Of a stretch of 64,000 nt of DNA, positions 62,799 to 64,000 are shown in pieces. The notes under the pieces were generated by a model that was not told the origin of the DNA, did no database searches, and was given only the letters and a program-made list of their open reading frames with translations. The DNA lies in the NCBI GenBank assembly GCA_045837725.1, contig JBEWZL010000036.1, forward strand, positions 124,001-188,000. Direction: 5' to 3'. The first letter of the stretch is position 1. The number at the start of each line of letters is the position of its first letter. The DNA comes from Vermamoeba vermiformis. Lineage: Eukaryota. The translations under genes were made by a program, and so were the position numbers.

Positions 62799-64000
62799 TT
62801 ACTTTCTCCCGTGTTCCGCGCTAGCATTTTTAGTACCAGAGTTGTTACGTGCGATCCATTCTCTCAGGTCAGTACTGCTAATAATGCGACAGGAGTGCTT
62901 CCAGACAATTGTCAACGATTTCAAATTGAACTTTGATACTCGAAGTCCGTTCACATGATTGATGCCGTTGATGCCTGTAAAAGTCAGTTGTGCATACGTT
63001 ATAATGGTACTAATTACCTTCTTCGTTATTCTCGACAACAGCAGCCTCAATCTCCGGATCATTCATCAGCCTACATCCGTCCGAGTTCGGACACCTCGTT
63101 ACAATTTGAATCTATGCAATAAGTGATTAATCAAATCATTCTCATATGAAAATAAGTCTCTTACATCTTTTTCAGCGATTGTAGTGTCAATAATATCAAG
63201 GAAGTGTTTGACGCCTTCATTACGTGTTTCAATGCTCTCAATCAGCTCTTGATGCTTCTTGCCACCAAGTACAGCTAAAGGAAAATAATTAAGCCGGCAC
63301 TTAGACATAAAGGATATCAAGGCATACTGAGCACAGCTACTACAAGCTTTTTCTTGGCAACCAAAGTACCGAGGGTGATGAGCATTTTATGATCGAAATG
63401 AAGTCTGTCAAACGTTCCTAAGTGTTGAAAATGAGTTTAATTCTTGTAAAATTTGAACATTTTGCTTATTACCTGCTAATGAGACGCAATTGAACGATTT
63501 GTAATTGAATTCGTGAGGCGTGTGATCTGTGGGCAAATTAGCTTCACCCAACGACTTTGATAGTTTGTGAATATGTTCTTCTTCTATTTGTTCTAATAAT
63601 AAACTCGGAAGATTATTTTTCTGCCGCTTTTCATTCCATTGATTAAAAACTTCAGTGCCTAAAGCGAACTAGTTAGATCAGTTATCGTTATATTTCTATC
63701 AATTAACTTACTATATGCAAATACATGCGTAATATCGTAAATTAAATATAGACGCACGCTATTGGGGAGTAAAATCGTTAAGTTTCGCGAGTAATCTTGG
63801 GCTGTTCGCTGGATGGCTGCAAAATGACCGTATACTCGAATCAGCACTTGTTGTGCTTGTTTAATCTATTATATTAGCGCGGGTTAGATGCATGCTACGC
63901 ATTGTACTCTTTAAGTTTCAATACGGCGTGAAAAGGTTGAAATTCGGTTTAAATATTTTAAAAAATACTTAAAAATCATACGTTAATAGGCCACGCCTCT
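62799..64000 (-). CDS. Phosphopantetheine adenylyltransferase-like nucleotidyltransferase (5' end beyond window)
   Basis: Spliced VSLAGTFDRLHFDHKML, KKHQELIESIETR, DPEIEAAVV, NGLR, IISSTDLR. Confidence 0.7.

Noticed and set aside
1-64000. Transposon, viral or prokaryotic insertion
   Set aside because: No transposase, reverse transcriptase, integrase or capsid motifs recognised; nearly all genes carry spliceosomal introns.

Overview
Gene-dense, intron-rich eukaryotic DNA with short spliceosomal introns and CTAAC/CTAAT branch points near the acceptors. Gene content and style suggest a free-living protist, probably amoebozoan (inference). About 31 protein-coding loci were assembled by hand-splicing the ORF track: a DHTKD1-like E1, four secreted/membrane proteins, DPP3, an LRR-gelsolin-headpiece protein, a signal-peptide MICAL-like flavoprotein, CFAP20, an SQT1/AAMP-like WD40, p23, 3-hydroxybutyryl-CoA dehydrogenase, glutathione synthetase, an unusual Ran paralog, a coiled-coil repeat protein, an ER-type JmjC protein (KDEL), an AMT1/MTA1-type adenine methyltransferase, RPA49, AATF/Bfr2, COQ4, EMC8/9, TXNL4B, COX10, ORC5, a SpoU methylase, histone H2B, a CRAMP1/TKI1-like SANT protein and a PPAT-like gene. 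Highlights: (1) a Ran GTPase fused to a SHOCT-like helix pair and an FG-repeat linker, bracketed by a ~110 bp direct repeat of the glutathione synthetase 3' end; (2) a complete 5S rRNA gene inside an intron of the SANT gene; (3) a histone-type 3' stem-loop after H2B; (4) an AMT1-like 6mA methylase plus apparent GATC enrichment; (5) several GC-AG introns and AAG acceptors. All calls are from motif recognition and manual translation; no database searches were run, and spliced gene boundaries are estimates.
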